Assembly (NCBI GenBank): GCA_000724175.1
Contig: JPGV01000029.1
Span: 11,379 to 75,378, forward strand
Direction: 5' to 3'
DNA: 64,000 nucleotides
From: [Candidatus Thermochlorobacteriaceae] bacterium GBChlB
GTDB taxonomy: Bacteria > Bacteroidota > Chlorobiia > Chlorobiales > Thermochlorobacteraceae
In this document: one piece after another, positions 17,489 to 28,184 of the stretch
Numbering within the stretch: position 1 is the first letter of the stretch
How the letters are laid out: each line of letters opens with the position of its first letter
Position numbers and translations under genes: made by a program
Notes under the pieces: generated by a model
Told to the model about the DNA's origin: nothing
The model's database searches: none
The model's input: the letters and a program-made list of their open reading frames with translations, nothing else

Positions 17489-19615
17489 ATGGCAAAGACG
17501 AAAAAGCTACTTCCAGCGCCGCCTATTTCTCCGATAGATTCTCAACGCGACTCGATTACGCCCGGGCTTTACATCAACCGCGAACTGAGTTGGATTGAGT
17601 TCAACAAGCGCGTTTTGAACGAGGCACGCAGCGAGCGTCATCCGCTCTTGGAGCGCGTGAAGTTCATCGCTATTTTTAGCTCGAACCTCGATGAGTTTTT
17701 TATGATTCGCGTCTCTGGCTTGGAAGAGCAATACGAGGCGGGCATCAATACACCTACCTACGACGGCATGACGCCGCTTCAACAACTGCTTGAAATTCGC
17801 GTGCGCACCGAAAAGCAACTTGCAGAGCGGTCGACGCTTTTTTACGACGACATTCTGCCGAAGCTCGAAGCCGAAGGCATTTCATTTGTGAAATACGCCG
17901 ACCTTTCAGACGCGCAGAAAGTCGTGCTTGACCGACACTTCGACGAACAAGTTTTTCCTGTGCTGACGCCACTCGCCTTCGATCCAGGGCATCCGTTTCC
18001 GTATGTCTCAAATCTCTCGCTCTCGCTTGCCGTGCAACTTCAAAGCGAGGAAGACGGCAAGCCACGCTTTGCCCGCGTCAAAGTGCCGGACGGACTCTCG
18101 CGGCTCATTCGGCTCGATAAGCTGCGCGGCATGAACATTGAGTCAGGGAAGGTGAGTCTTATTTGGATTGAGGATGTCATTGCTAACAACATTCAAAAGC
18201 TCTTTCCGAACATCGGCATTGTTTCGGCGTATCCGTTCCGCGTTACGCGCGACGCCGACATTGAAATCGAGGAAGACGAGGCGGGCGACCTTTTGGAAAC
18301 AATTGCACAAGGCATACGACAACGCCGTTACGGCAGCGTGGTTCGTATGGACGTCAATCCCGGAATGCCCGACTACATCAAAAAAGTTTTAATGGAAAAT
18401 TTGGAAGTAACCGAACGCAAAGTCTATACGCTTCCCAACACGCTTGGCTTGAGCAGTTTGATGGAACTCATGGAACTCGACCGCCCCGACCTCAAAGACA
18501 CGCCGTTTATTCCGCGCAATCCGTTTCAGCAGGAAGAGGACGACGATATGTTCTCTGTGATTCGTCGACGCGATATGCTGCTACACCACCCGTTTGATTC
18601 GTTTCAGCCCGTCGTCGATTTCATCCACACTGCCGCGCACGACCCAAATGTGTTAGCGATTAAGCAGACATTGTATCGAGCGGGCACCAAATCGCCCATT
18701 GTGCATGCGCTTATCGAGGCGGCAGAGCGCGGCAAACAAGTTGCGGTTCTCGTCGAACTCAAAGCGCGCTTCGATGAAGAAAACAACATCACTTGGGCGC
18801 GCGCGTTAGAAAAAGCGGGCGTTCATGTGGTCTATGGCTTACTTGGGCTCAAAACGCACGCCAAGATGCTGCTCGTCGTGCGCCGTGAATCGGACGGGTT
18901 ACGGCGCTATGTGCATCTTGGCACGGGCAATTACAACGCTTCGACGGCGCGGATATACACCGACTACAGTTTATTCACTGCCGACTCCGACATCGCCGCC
19001 GATGTCAGTGAACTCTTTAATTATCTAACGGGATATTCTCGTCAGACCGAATTCCGCAAGCTCATTGTCGCGCCGATGAACATTCGCTCGACGATGCTCT
19101 TGCTCATTGAGCGTGAAATCGCACATCATCAAGCCAAGGGCGAAGGGCGCATTATCATGAAACTCAACGCACTCGTCGACCCCAAAATCATCTCTGCGCT
19201 GTATCGTGCCTCGCAAGCAGGCGTTCAGATTGACTTAATCATTCGCGGTATCTGCTCACTTCGACCCCAACAAAAAGGCGTGAGCGAGAATGTGCGCGTT
19301 GTCAGCATCATCGGGAGATTTTTGGAGCATAGTCGCGCGTTTTATTTCCGCAACGGCGGCGACGAGGACGTCTATCTGGGCAGCGCCGATATGATGCAGC
19401 GCAATTTAGACCGCCGTGTCGAGGTCATCTTTCCCATCTTGAACGCAGAGTTTCGGAAGAGCATCAAGCAAGGTCTCGATGTCATGCTTCAAGACAACTG
19501 CCAATCGTGGGAACTTCGCGCCGATGGCAGCTATGTTAAAACCGAACGCGAAGGCGAGCCGATGAGCAGCCAACTCTTTTTCCTGAACAACAATCAGACT
19601 CGCTACGCCAAGTGA
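17489..19615 (+). CDS. ppk: polyphosphate kinase 1
   Basis: 708 aa. YINRELSWIEFNKRVLNEA, RVKFIAIFSSNLDEFFMIRV, autophosphorylation region LKTHAKMLLVVR and the C-terminal PLD-like GRFLEHSRAFYF. Confidence 0.95.
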   Translation: MAKTKKLLPAPPISPIDSQRDSITPGLYINRELSWIEFNKRVLNEARSERHPLLERVKFIAIFSSNLDEFFMIRVSGLEEQYEAGINTPTYDGMTPLQQLLEIRVRTEKQLAERSTLFYDDILPKLEAEGISFVKYADLSDAQKVVLDRHFDEQVFPVLTPLAFDPGHPFPYVSNLSLSLAVQLQSEEDGKPRFARVKVPDGLSRLIRLDKLRGMNIESGKVSLIWIEDVIANNIQKLFPNIGIVSAYPFRVTRDADIEIEEDEAGDLLETIAQGIRQRRYGSVVRMDVNPGMPDYIKKVLMENLEVTERKVYTLPNTLGLSSLMELMELDRPDLKDTPFIPRNPFQQEEDDDMFSVIRRRDMLLHHPFDSFQPVVDFIHTAAHDPNVLAIKQTLYRAGTKSPIVHALIEAAERGKQVAVLVELKARFDEENNITWARALEKAGVHVVYGLLGLKTHAKMLLVVRRESDGLRRYVHLGTGNYNASTARIYTDYSLFTADSDIAADVSELFNYLTGYSRQTEFRKLIVAPMNIRSTMLLLIEREIAHHQAKGEGRIIMKLNALVDPKIISALYRASQAGVQIDLIIRGICSLRPQQKGVSENVRVVSIIGRFLEHSRAFYFRNGGDEDVYLGSADMMQRNLDRRVEVIFPILNAEFRKSIKQGLDVMLQDNCQSWELRADGSYVKTEREGEPMSSQLFFLNNNQTRYAK

Positions 19616-19854
19616 GCAAAGTGTCTCAAAATTTAAGTCCGAAGCCGATGACGGGAACAACAGTCGGCAACGCGGGCCATGAATTAGCGAAAGAAATCGG
19701 GAAAGAATTGTTGTTAGCGTAGGCGTTGATGCTGTCGGAAAGCTATGAACCATCTTGAATCAGTTGAAGCGTTGGCGTTGGAGGCTCTTGCATTTGTCCA
19801 AAACGTTGCGTTTCTTATTCTCATTGATTCACAACGGCGTTTAATTTTTCTACG

Positions 19855-20310
19855 ATGAAACTTGCTTTGGGAAGCGACCACGCTGGGTTTGACAAGAAAA
19901 CGAAAGTCCTTGCATGGCTTCAAGAACACGGTCATTTCGTTACGGACTTCGGTGCGTATTCCCTCGAGTCTGTTGATTATCCCGACTACGCCAAAAAAGT
20001 CGCGCTCGATGTCGCATCGGGCAATGCCGAACAAGGTGTGTTGCTTTGCGGGAGCGGCGTAGGCGTCTCTATTGTCGCCAATAAAATCAAGGGGATTCGG
20101 GCGGCATTGGTTTTTAATGAGGATGTGGCAAGACTCGCGCGTCAGCATAACAATGCCAATGTGATTTGCCTGCCTGCGCGATTTATGACTGACGACACTG
20201 TCTTTCGCTGTTTGGAAAATTGGTTCTCGTCGTCATTCGAAGGCGGGCGGCACGAGCAGCGCGTCTTAAAAATTGAAACGCCGTTGGAAACAGAAACTGG
20301 ACTGCTTTAA
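19855..20310 (+). CDS. rpiB: ribose-5-phosphate isomerase B
   Basis: 151 aa. MKLALGSDHAGFDKK, LLCGSGVGVSIVANK, HNNANVICLPARF. Confidence 0.9.
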   Translation: MKLALGSDHAGFDKKTKVLAWLQEHGHFVTDFGAYSLESVDYPDYAKKVALDVASGNAEQGVLLCGSGVGVSIVANKIKGIRAALVFNEDVARLARQHNNANVICLPARFMTDDTVFRCLENWFSSSFEGGRHEQRVLKIETPLETETGLL

Positions 20311-20382
20311 GAGCAACGCAACTGCACCCGCAATTTTGCGTTAACTCATCAAGCGCCATTACAAGCTGTCGTTAAATAAAAA

Positions 20383-21084
20383 ATGATTGCTATGCACAAG
20401 ATTAACATTCGTCAAGACCTGCCTGTCTTAAAAACCGCCGACACGCTTTATGACGCCATCAACATCATCGAGGACGTCGAGCTTAACGCGCTGCCTGTTT
20501 TGAGCAAAGATACCCATACCCTTGTCGGTGTCGTTTCTGCCGATGACCTTCAGCGATATGCCGACACGCTCACGACGCCATCGTCTCAGACACTTGCCTC
20601 GTTGGTGTTCGCGCCGCCGCTTGCGCTTCGTGAAAACTCGCATCCGCTTGAAGCAGTTAAACTTTTTCGAGCCACGCGATTCGACCTTGTTCCCGTCGTT
20701 GGCAACAACTCCACCTATCTTGGCGCCGTTACAAGGCATGATTCTGATACATCGCTGATAGAAGTTTTTGGGCTGACCACCGATGGCATTTTGATGGAAG
20801 TGGAAGTTCAGTCAACCCAATTTCGGCTGTCTGATTTTGTACGCCTGTTAGAGCAAAATAATGCGCAACTACTGAGCATCGCGCTCAAAGCGATTCCCTC
20901 CGACGGCGAAGATGACTCATTTATACTTATTACCTTGAACTTGCACGCTCCCGATGCTTATCGCCTGCAACGCACATTAGAACGCTACGGCTATGCCGTT
21001 ACTTACAACTCTCACAACGGCGAGAGCCTCATCGACGACAGCTCAATTAAAGCGCAGGAGTTTATTCGTTACCTCGAAGTGTGA
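20383..21084 (+). CDS. CBS-domain pair protein with C-terminal ACT-like region
   Basis: 233 aa. Two CBS-like units (LPVLSKDTHTLVGVVSADDL; LVPVVGNNSTYLGAVTRHD). C-terminal function unknown. Confidence 0.55.
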   Translation: MIAMHKINIRQDLPVLKTADTLYDAINIIEDVELNALPVLSKDTHTLVGVVSADDLQRYADTLTTPSSQTLASLVFAPPLALRENSHPLEAVKLFRATRFDLVPVVGNNSTYLGAVTRHDSDTSLIEVFGLTTDGILMEVEVQSTQFRLSDFVRLLEQNNAQLLSIALKAIPSDGEDDSFILITLNLHAPDAYRLQRTLERYGYAVTYNSHNGESLIDDSSIKAQEFIRYLEV

Positions 21085-21111
21085 GCATCAGTGCAGCGCA
21101 TTTGAGATGAG

Positions 21112-21145
21112 AGAGCGAGGGCGTATATTTGCGCTCTTTGTCTTC
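21112..21145 (+). terminator. candidate terminator hairpin after the CBS gene
   Basis: AGAGCG (21112-21117) pairs with CGCTCT (21132-21137) around a 14-nt loop, followed by TTTGTCTT. The stem is short and the loop large, so this is weak. Confidence 0.3.
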
Positions 21146-21219
21146 GGTCCCTTAGCTCAGTTGGTCAGAGCAGGCGACTCATAATCGCTTGGTCGTAGGT
21201 TCAAGTCCTACAGGGACCA
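21146..21219 (+). tRNA. tRNA with CAT anticodon, probably tRNA-Ile2 (lysidine type) rather than tRNA-Met
   Basis: 74-nt cloverleaf read by hand: acceptor GGTCCCT/AGGGACC+A, D-arm GCTC-AGTTGGTCA-GAGC, anticodon arm GGCGA-CTCATAA-TCGCT, variable TGGTC, T-arm GTAGG-TTCAAGT-CCTAC. No encoded CCA. The anticodon arm and body closely resemble my recollection of E. coli ileX. Confidence 0.9.
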
Positions 21220-21251
21220 CTTGCATCACGCGCAGTTCGCCGCCATTAACG

Positions 21252-22265
21252 CTACCGTTCTACCCTGCCCTTGCTGCCCTGCTGAACTAACCGCTCTACT
21301 TCTTCTGCGGTCACTCGGTTGACATCGCCCGTTATCGATTGTTTTAATACGCTTGCCGCCACGGCAAATTCCAAAGCCTCCTTGGAGTTGGGCTTCATGA
21401 GCAAGCCATAAATCAAGCCTGCATCGAAGGCATCGCCGCCACCGATGTGTTCGGTGATGGTCATATCGTAACTGCGCGAGAGATAAGGCGTTTTGCAATC
21501 GCCGTCGTCAATGAAGACCGCGCTGCGTTTGTTGAACGAGTCGGAGAGACGGTCGCGCAAGGTGATAGAAACTGCTTTGAGATTGAAGGTTTTTTTGAGC
21601 GTTTCGGCAAGTTTAAAGTAAGCATTGTCGCCGTTGGGAGTTTTGACCCCAAGCATTTTTTCCGCATCGCTGTCGTTGGTCATACAGACGTCGACGAAGG
21701 TCATTAGCGGAATCATCTCGCGTTGCGCCTCGTCGGGCGACCAAAGTTTCGCGCGGTAGTTCAAATCGCAACTCACCGTCAAGCCCAATGTTTTCGCGGT
21801 TTTGCAGGCATCTCTCAAATTTTCCCTAACGCTGTCATTTAGCGCAGCAGAAATGCCCGTAAAATGAAACCATCTCGCGTCCTGAAAGACGGCGCTCCAA
21901 TTGATGTCGCCTTTTTGGAGTTCAGTGATTGAAGAATTTTTGCGGTCGTAAATGACGTCGGGCGGACGCTGCGAGACGCCGTGTTCATAAAACCACAGCC
22001 CAACGCGCTCGCCGCCGCGCACGATAAACGTCGTCTCGACATTAAATCCGCGTAGAAATTGAATGATGTTTTGACCGATGTGATGCGCTGGCAGTTTCGT
22101 TACAAAGACGCTCTCAATGCCGAAGTTGGCAAGCGAGACAGCGACGTTCAATTCCGCACCACCGATGAAGATGTCAAACTGTTTTGCTTGGTTCAACCGC
22201 TCATAGGCAGGCGAGGCAAGGCGCATTAACGCTTCGCCGAAGGTAACGACTTTCATTGCGGACAT
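21252..22265 (-). CDS. kdgK: 2-dehydro-3-deoxygluconokinase (PfkB family)
   Basis: 337 aa. GGAELNVAVSLANFG near the N-terminus and GGGDAFDAGLIYG near the C-terminus. Adjacent to eda. Confidence 0.85.
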   Translation of the reverse strand: MSAMKVVTFGEALMRLASPAYERLNQAKQFDIFIGGAELNVAVSLANFGIESVFVTKLPAHHIGQNIIQFLRGFNVETTFIVRGGERVGLWFYEHGVSQRPPDVIYDRKNSSITELQKGDINWSAVFQDARWFHFTGISAALNDSVRENLRDACKTAKTLGLTVSCDLNYRAKLWSPDEAQREMIPLMTFVDVCMTNDSDAEKMLGVKTPNGDNAYFKLAETLKKTFNLKAVSITLRDRLSDSFNKRSAVFIDDGDCKTPYLSRSYDMTITEHIGGGDAFDAGLIYGLLMKPNSKEALEFAVAASVLKQSITGDVNRVTAEEVERLVQQGSKGRVER

Positions 22266-22900
22266 TACTTTTTGAAGTTCTCAATGCTCTTGCGGAAAAT
22301 TCTCGCATTTTCGGTGAGTTGTTCAAAATCGTGGTCGGCGATTGCCTTCGAATCGAGCAGTGCGCCGCCAATGCCGACCGCACAAGCCCCTGCGGCGAGC
22401 CACTCGCCCGCGTTGGTCAGCGTAACCCCGCCCGTCGGCATCATGTTGATATTCGGCAAAGGCGCACGAACAGATTTAAAAAACTGTGTTCCAACCACTT
22501 CGGCAGGAAAAACTTTCACCACATCTGCGCCGTGCGTCCAAGCCGTGTAAATTTCCGTCGGTGTCATCGCGCCAATCATCACGGGAACATGGTGGCGATG
22601 TGCAAGTTCAATAAGGTCAAGTTTTAAGACGGGCGTAACAAGAAAGCGTGCGCCATTCTCAATCGCCGCAAGCGCGTCGGCTTCATTCAAGACCGTGCCT
22701 GCGCCAACAAGAATTTCCTGACGTGAAGAAAGTTGTTGGATAAGACGTATCGCGTTTGGAGTTGTAAAGGTCAGCTCAATAATACGAATGCCGCCTTCCG
22801 CAATCGCATCAACAACGGGCATTATTTTTTCCGCGTCGTTCAAACGAATAACCGCAATCGCCTTGTCAGAAAAAATTTTTTGAAGCGTCTGTTCTCTCAT
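22265..22900 (-). CDS. eda: KDPG / 4-hydroxy-2-oxoglutarate aldolase
   Basis: 211 aa. AVIRLNDAEK, GGIRIIELTF, GAGTVL, Schiff-base Lys context VKVFPAE, PTGGV. Confidence 0.9.
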   Translation of the reverse strand: MREQTLQKIFSDKAIAVIRLNDAEKIMPVVDAIAEGGIRIIELTFTTPNAIRLIQQLSSRQEILVGAGTVLNEADALAAIENGARFLVTPVLKLDLIELAHRHHVPVMIGAMTPTEIYTAWTHGADVVKVFPAEVVGTQFFKSVRAPLPNINMMPTGGVTLTNAGEWLAAGACAVGIGGALLDSKAIADHDFEQLTENARIFRKSIENFKK

Positions 22901-22906
22901 GTCGGT

Positions 22907-24313
22907 TCAATCGGTTAAAAATCCGAAGTAGCGTTCTGCATTGCGATAGCAGATGTCGCGCACCATGTCGCCGACGAGCGAAAAGTCGTTTGGCAGAAGT
23001 CCCGCCTCCATGTCTGCACCGAGCAAGTTGCACAAGGTTCGCCGGAAGTATTCATGGCGCGGATAAGAAAGAAAACTGCGCGAATCTGTAACCATGCCAA
23101 CGAAGCGCGACAGCAAGCCCATGTTAGAGAGCGCGTTCATTTGTTTTTCCATGCCGTCTTTTTGGTCTAAGAACCACCACGCGCTTCCGTATTGAAGTTT
23201 GCCTGCAATCGTGCCGTCTTGAAAATTTCCAATCATTGTTGCGAAGACTTCATTGTCGCGCGGATTGAGGTTGTAGAGAATCGTTTTAGCGAGTTTGTTT
23301 TGGTCATCGAGCGTGTTGAGATACTTGGCGAGTGAATATGCGACGGGCAAATCGCCGATGGAGTCGAAGCCTGAATCTGCACCGAGCGTGCGCATCATGC
23401 GGGAGTTATTGTTGCGCAGGGCACCGATGTGAAATTGTTGTGTCCAATTTTTTTCGTGATTCATTAAGCCAAGTTCAAGCATGACGGCGGATTTATACTT
23501 CAAGGCATCGTGCAGCGAAACGGCTTTGCCTGAACGGGCTTGCTCAAAAATCGCGCTGACTTCGCGCTCATTGAAATCTGCGGCGAACATCGTGTCGATG
23601 CCGCTATCTGAAAGGCGACAACCATGTGCGGCGAAAAAGTCGTGGCGACGGCGTAGCGCGGCAAGTGCGTCTTGAAACGAGGCAATGTGAAGGTTTGATG
23701 TGGCAGAAAGTTTGTCAAGGTATGCGTTCCAAGTCTCCGTGTTCTCAATGAAAAGAATTTTATCAGGGCGAAATGTCGGCAAGACTTTGACGGGGAACTC
23801 GGTTTGCTTAGCGAGCGCGGCGTGATGCTCGAGCGTATCGGTTGGGTCGTCGGTGGTGCAAACGACGCGCACATTCATTTTTTTCAAGATGGCTTGTGTG
23901 GTGAGCGTGGGCAGTTGTGCGTTGCAGTCGCTCCAAATTGACGCGGCAGTGTCGGCGTTGAGCAGTCGGTCGGTAATGCCGAAATAGCGCGCCAATTCAA
24001 GATGCGTCCAATGGTAGAGCGGATTGCGCAGCGTTTTCGGAACAGTCTTCGCCCATGCTTCAAATTTTTCCCAATCGCTTGCGTTGCCAGTGCAGAAGCG
24101 TTCATCGATACCGTTGGTGCGCATGGCTCGCCACTTGTAGTGATCGCCGTAGAGCCAAACTTGCGTCAGGTTGGCAAAGCATTTGTTTGTTGCGATTTCA
24201 TCAGGCGGCAAGTGGCAGTGGTAATCAATGATAGGCTCAGGTTCGGCGAAGTCGTGATAGAGCCGCTGTGCAGATTTTGTTTGGAGCAGAAAGTTATCGT
24301 GAATGAACATCAT
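22907..24313 (-). CDS. uxaC: glucuronate (uronate) isomerase
   Basis: Start moved to MMFIHDNFLLQTKSAQRLYHD (ATG at 24313), which removes the overlap with uxaA. IIDYHCHLPP, YGDHYKWRAMR, NPLYHWTHLEL, FQDG...GSAWWF. Confidence 0.95.
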   Translation of the reverse strand: MMFIHDNFLLQTKSAQRLYHDFAEPEPIIDYHCHLPPDEIATNKCFANLTQVWLYGDHYKWRAMRTNGIDERFCTGNASDWEKFEAWAKTVPKTLRNPLYHWTHLELARYFGITDRLLNADTAASIWSDCNAQLPTLTTQAILKKMNVRVVCTTDDPTDTLEHHAALAKQTEFPVKVLPTFRPDKILFIENTETWNAYLDKLSATSNLHIASFQDALAALRRRHDFFAAHGCRLSDSGIDTMFAADFNEREVSAIFEQARSGKAVSLHDALKYKSAVMLELGLMNHEKNWTQQFHIGALRNNNSRMMRTLGADSGFDSIGDLPVAYSLAKYLNTLDDQNKLAKTILYNLNPRDNEVFATMIGNFQDGTIAGKLQYGSAWWFLDQKDGMEKQMNALSNMGLLSRFVGMVTDSRSFLSYPRHEYFRRTLCNLLGADMEAGLLPNDFSLVGDMVRDICYRNAERYFGFLTD

Positions 24314-24338
24314 GGTGCTTGTAAAATTAATTGTTGGA

Positions 24339-25853
24339 TTAAAGCGTAACGCCCTCTTTCCAGATAGCGATTTCGCGGTAGCCGTTTTTTTCGTTGTTGG
24401 TGCGTGTGTTGCCTGAAGCAACGCTTAAAATGAACTCCACAAAATTTTCTGTGAGCGATTCCAATGATTCTCCTTCGAGAAGCGCGCCCGCGTTGAAATC
24501 AATCCAGTTGGGTTTCTTTTTGGCGATGTGGCTGTTGGAAGAAACTTTGATGGTTGGAACGGGGAAGCCGAGTGGCGTGCCGCGTCCTGTTGTGAAGAGA
24601 AGGAGTGTTGCGCCGCTGGCGGTTTCAGCGGTAGAAGAGACGGCATCGTTGCCCGGCGCGTTGAGCAAGGCGAGTCCGCTTTTTGTAACCAGCTCGCCGT
24701 AGTCTAAAATTTGCGTAACGGTTGCGCCGCCGCCTTTTTGAATTGCGCCAAGCGATTTCTCTTCAAGCGTTGTAATGCCGCCGCCTTTGTTGCCGGGCGA
24801 CGGATTTTCATAGACAGGTTGATGATGCGCGATGAAATATCGCTTGAAGCGGTTAATCATCTCAACCAAGCGTTGAAATGTTTCGGTTGAGTCGCAGCGA
24901 TTCATCAAGAGATGTTCCGCACCGAACATTTCAGGGACTTCGGTCAGAATTGCGGTTCCGCCTTGTGCCGCGAGAATATCGGAGATACGACCGACGAGCG
25001 GATTTGCCGTAATACCTGAAAATCCGTCCGAGCCGCCGCACTTCATGCCAATCACCAAATCGGACATTGGACAAACTTCGCGAACATCGCCTTTCATCTC
25101 ATCAACCAATTCTGCAACGAGCGCAAGCCCCGATTCAATTTCATCTTCAACCTCTTGCGAATTGAAAAAGCGAAGCCGCGATTCATCAACGCCGTGAGCA
25201 ACGTGCAAGAGTGATTTGAGTTGATTATTCTCACAGCCGAGACCGATAACAAGCACGCCGCCTGCGTTTGGATTGCGCATCAAGCCTGCAAGAACTTTTT
25301 GTGTGTTTTCTAAATCGTCGCCGAGTTGCGAACAGCCGTAAGGATGCGAGAACGAAAACACGCCATCGATAATGCCCCGATAGGTGTCGCTGGCGCGTTT
25401 GGCAATTTGCTCGGCAAGTCCGTTGACGCACCCAACGGTGTTGATAATCCACACTTCGTTGCGCGTTCCAACGCGACCGTTTTTTCTCCGATAGCCTAAA
25501 AAAGTTTTGCCAATAAACTTCTCCGCAAAAGCAGGCTTTGGTGACAGCGATTGATGAAACGAGTAAGCAAGTTCGCCGCTCAATGCGGTTTTGAGATTAT
25601 GACCATGAACCCAAGCCCCAAGCGGAATTTCAGCCGTTGCTATGCCAATTTGATGACCGTATTTCATAATTGGCTCGCCTGCTTTAATGGTGCGAAGCGC
25701 GACTTTGTGTCCCGCAAGAATTTCCTCTTGAACCAACAGTCGCCGACTTCCGACGGTGAGTTCATCGCCAAGCGCGAGCGGCACAACAGCGACGGCGACA
25801 TTATCGAGCGAATGAATTTGCACGGCTTGAATGCGCATTTTTGTTTCGGTCAT
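24339..25853 (-). CDS. uxaA: altronate dehydratase
   Basis: Start moved to MTETKMRIQAVQIHSLDNVAVAV (ATG at 25853). An N-terminal SAF domain, then GYRRKNGRVGTRNEVWII, GLGCE, MKCGGSDGFSGITANP. Confidence 0.9.
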   Translation of the reverse strand: MTETKMRIQAVQIHSLDNVAVAVVPLALGDELTVGSRRLLVQEEILAGHKVALRTIKAGEPIMKYGHQIGIATAEIPLGAWVHGHNLKTALSGELAYSFHQSLSPKPAFAEKFIGKTFLGYRRKNGRVGTRNEVWIINTVGCVNGLAEQIAKRASDTYRGIIDGVFSFSHPYGCSQLGDDLENTQKVLAGLMRNPNAGGVLVIGLGCENNQLKSLLHVAHGVDESRLRFFNSQEVEDEIESGLALVAELVDEMKGDVREVCPMSDLVIGMKCGGSDGFSGITANPLVGRISDILAAQGGTAILTEVPEMFGAEHLLMNRCDSTETFQRLVEMINRFKRYFIAHHQPVYENPSPGNKGGGITTLEEKSLGAIQKGGGATVTQILDYGELVTKSGLALLNAPGNDAVSSTAETASGATLLLFTTGRGTPLGFPVPTIKVSSNSHIAKKKPNWIDFNAGALLEGESLESLTENFVEFILSVASGNTRTNNEKNGYREIAIWKEGVTL

Positions 25854-25857
25854 TGTA

Positions 25858-26946
25858 TCACAAATCAATGGTTGATAATTTTTCCCCCAGTCGAGTTGAT
25901 GTTTGCGCTTTTGCCTGTTCAAGATTTTCAGGCACAGCCTCGAAGAGCGGTATAATTTTCTCAATACCGCTTGCGTTGTTCAAGTTTGTAACACCACAGA
26001 CGACGATACACTTCTTATGATGCTTCACACACAGCGCGGCGACATTGCCAACGACCTTTCCATTCAGCGATGTCTCATCAAGTTTTCCCTCGCCCGTAAT
26101 AACCACGTCGGCATCAATGATTTTTTCCTCGAGCCTGACAGCGTCGTTTACAAGTGATGCACCAGAGACGACTTTGCCGCCAAGTGCTGCCAACGCCATT
26201 CCCAAGCCACCCGCTGCGCCGCTTCCTGCCTTGTTCCGCAGACTTTTACCAACAGCTAACTCGAGCTTATCCGCAAAGTGGGCAAGCCGTTTTTCAAACG
26301 ACTCCATTTGGCTTGGCGCGACGCCTTTTTGTGCGCCAAACATTTTCACTGCACCGCACTCGCCTAAAAGTGGATTGGTTACGTCAGAAGCAACAATGAT
26401 TTCTGGTCTTCGTTCTTGAAACACGTTGGACAAATCCACAACAGATAGTTTCTCGAGACCAATGTTTCCGCGCGGCACGTCAGTTCCGTTTTCATCGCAG
26501 AGTTTGGCGCCTAAGGCTTGCAACAGTCCTGCTCCACCGTCGATGGTCGCGCTGCCGCCGAGTCCGATGATGATTTTTGTCGCGCCGCGTTTGAGCGCGT
26601 CTTTTATGACTTCGCCTGTTCCAAAAGTTGTTGCCACATCTGGTCGAAGCGTCAATGTAACAAGCGGCAGTCCCGATGCAGCAGCTGTTTCAATGAACGC
26701 GGTTTGCGTGGCAAGCGCATAGTCGGCGTCAATGATGTCGCCAAGTGGCGCAGTTGCTTTTGTTTTCACAATCGATGCCTGAAAGGCTTTTGCCAACACA
26801 GCGACTGTGCCTTCTCCGCCGTCGGCAAGCGGCTGAACGACCGCGCGTTGTTGCAGCGCTTGTGGCAGTGCGTCTCGAATTCGGAGCGCAATGTCGTCCG
26901 CCGAAAATGTACCTTTGAAACTGTCGGGCGCAATTAGCACTTTCAT
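25858..26946 (-). CDS. glycerate kinase
   Basis: 362 aa. MKVLIAPDSFKGT, LADGGEGT, IIGLGGSATIDGGAGLLQALG, ITGEGKLD. Confidence 0.9.
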   Translation of the reverse strand: MKVLIAPDSFKGTFSADDIALRIRDALPQALQQRAVVQPLADGGEGTVAVLAKAFQASIVKTKATAPLGDIIDADYALATQTAFIETAAASGLPLVTLTLRPDVATTFGTGEVIKDALKRGATKIIIGLGGSATIDGGAGLLQALGAKLCDENGTDVPRGNIGLEKLSVVDLSNVFQERRPEIIVASDVTNPLLGECGAVKMFGAQKGVAPSQMESFEKRLAHFADKLELAVGKSLRNKAGSGAAGGLGMALAALGGKVVSGASLVNDAVRLEEKIIDADVVITGEGKLDETSLNGKVVGNVAALCVKHHKKCIVVCGVTNLNNASGIEKIIPLFEAVPENLEQAKAQTSTRLGEKLSTIDL

Positions 26947-26948
26947 CG

Positions 26949-28157
26949 TTACCAGTTAAACATTGTGCCGTCAAGTTTGCGATTGACGGGCAAGTAAGCG
27001 CGGTCGTAAGGATATTTCTCCGCTAATTTTTCGTCGTAGTCAACGCCCAAGCCCGGCGCGTCGCCCGGATACATAAAGCCTTTTTCAAACGTGTATGCGT
27101 GCGGAAAAACCGCGTCGGTTTCAGGGGTGTGGCGCATATATTCTTGAATCCCAAAATTGTTGATTGCCAAATCGAAGTGCAACGCCGCCGCCATAGTGAT
27201 GGGCGACAAATCCGTCGCGCCGTGAAAGCCCGTGCGAATGTGATAAATGCTTGCCATTGCCGCAACTTTCAACAAGTGCGTCAGTCCGCCGCCGCGCAAA
27301 ACGCTCATTCGGATATAGTCAATCAGTTGCTCTGTAAAAAGCGTGGTCATGTCGTAAATCGTGTTGAAGACTTCGCCAACCGCGAGCGGCGTGGTGGTGT
27401 GTTGTCGAATAATTCTAAATCCTTCTTGCAACTCGGCGGGGACTGTATCTTCAAGCCAGAAGAGGTGATACGGCTCGCTTTCTTTTCCAAGCCTTGCCGC
27501 TTCAATGGGCGTAAGTCGATGATGACAATCGTGAAGCAAGTGAAAATCATCGCCGTGCGTCTCGCGAATTTTCTTGAAGAGTTTCGGCGCGAAGTTCAGA
27601 TACTTTTCTGTTGACCAAGTTTGTTCAGGCGGCAGCCCCTTTTCCGCAGGCTCGTAGAAAAGTTTTCCACGCCCGACACCGTAGACACCCTTCAAGCCGG
27701 GAATGCCCGATTGTGCGCGAACCGCAACATATCCCATATCCAAATATCTGCCGACTTCATCAACGGTTTCTTCAAGCGTCTCGCCGTTGGCGTGTCCATA
27801 GACCATCACGCCGCTTCGCGATTTGCCGCCCAGCAAGTTGTAGACGGGCGTGTTGAGGGCTTTGCCTTTAATATCCCACAATGCCATATCGACAGCGGCG
27901 ATTGCCGACATCGTTACAGGTCCGCGCCGCCAATACGCACCACGATAGAGATACTGCCAAATGTCTTCAACCTGAAACGCATCGCGCCCGATGAGGCACG
28001 GAACAACATGCTCTTGCAAATAGGAAACCACCGCAAGCTCGCGCCCGTTGAGCGTCGCATCGCCAAGTCCGTAAATGCCTTCGTCTGTATAGATTTTCAG
28101 CGTGATGAAATTTCTTCCGGGCGATGTGATGAAAACTTTTGCGTCAGTAATTTTCAT
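26949..28157 (-). CDS. manD: D-mannonate dehydratase, enolase-superfamily type (ManD/RspA-like), cytoplasmic
   Basis: 402 aa. Colinear with my recollection of Novosphingobium ManD: [51 protein letters not shown]...YWRRGPV...HLLHDCHHR...FWLED...GGLTH...[15 protein letters not shown]. No signal peptide. Confidence 0.9.
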   Translation of the reverse strand: MKITDAKVFITSPGRNFITLKIYTDEGIYGLGDATLNGRELAVVSYLQEHVVPCLIGRDAFQVEDIWQYLYRGAYWRRGPVTMSAIAAVDMALWDIKGKALNTPVYNLLGGKSRSGVMVYGHANGETLEETVDEVGRYLDMGYVAVRAQSGIPGLKGVYGVGRGKLFYEPAEKGLPPEQTWSTEKYLNFAPKLFKKIRETHGDDFHLLHDCHHRLTPIEAARLGKESEPYHLFWLEDTVPAELQEGFRIIRQHTTTPLAVGEVFNTIYDMTTLFTEQLIDYIRMSVLRGGGLTHLLKVAAMASIYHIRTGFHGATDLSPITMAAALHFDLAINNFGIQEYMRHTPETDAVFPHAYTFEKGFMYPGDAPGLGVDYDEKLAEKYPYDRAYLPVNRKLDGTMFNW

Positions 28158-28184
28158 AGATGAAAAAGTAATGGTTGAAGATGG

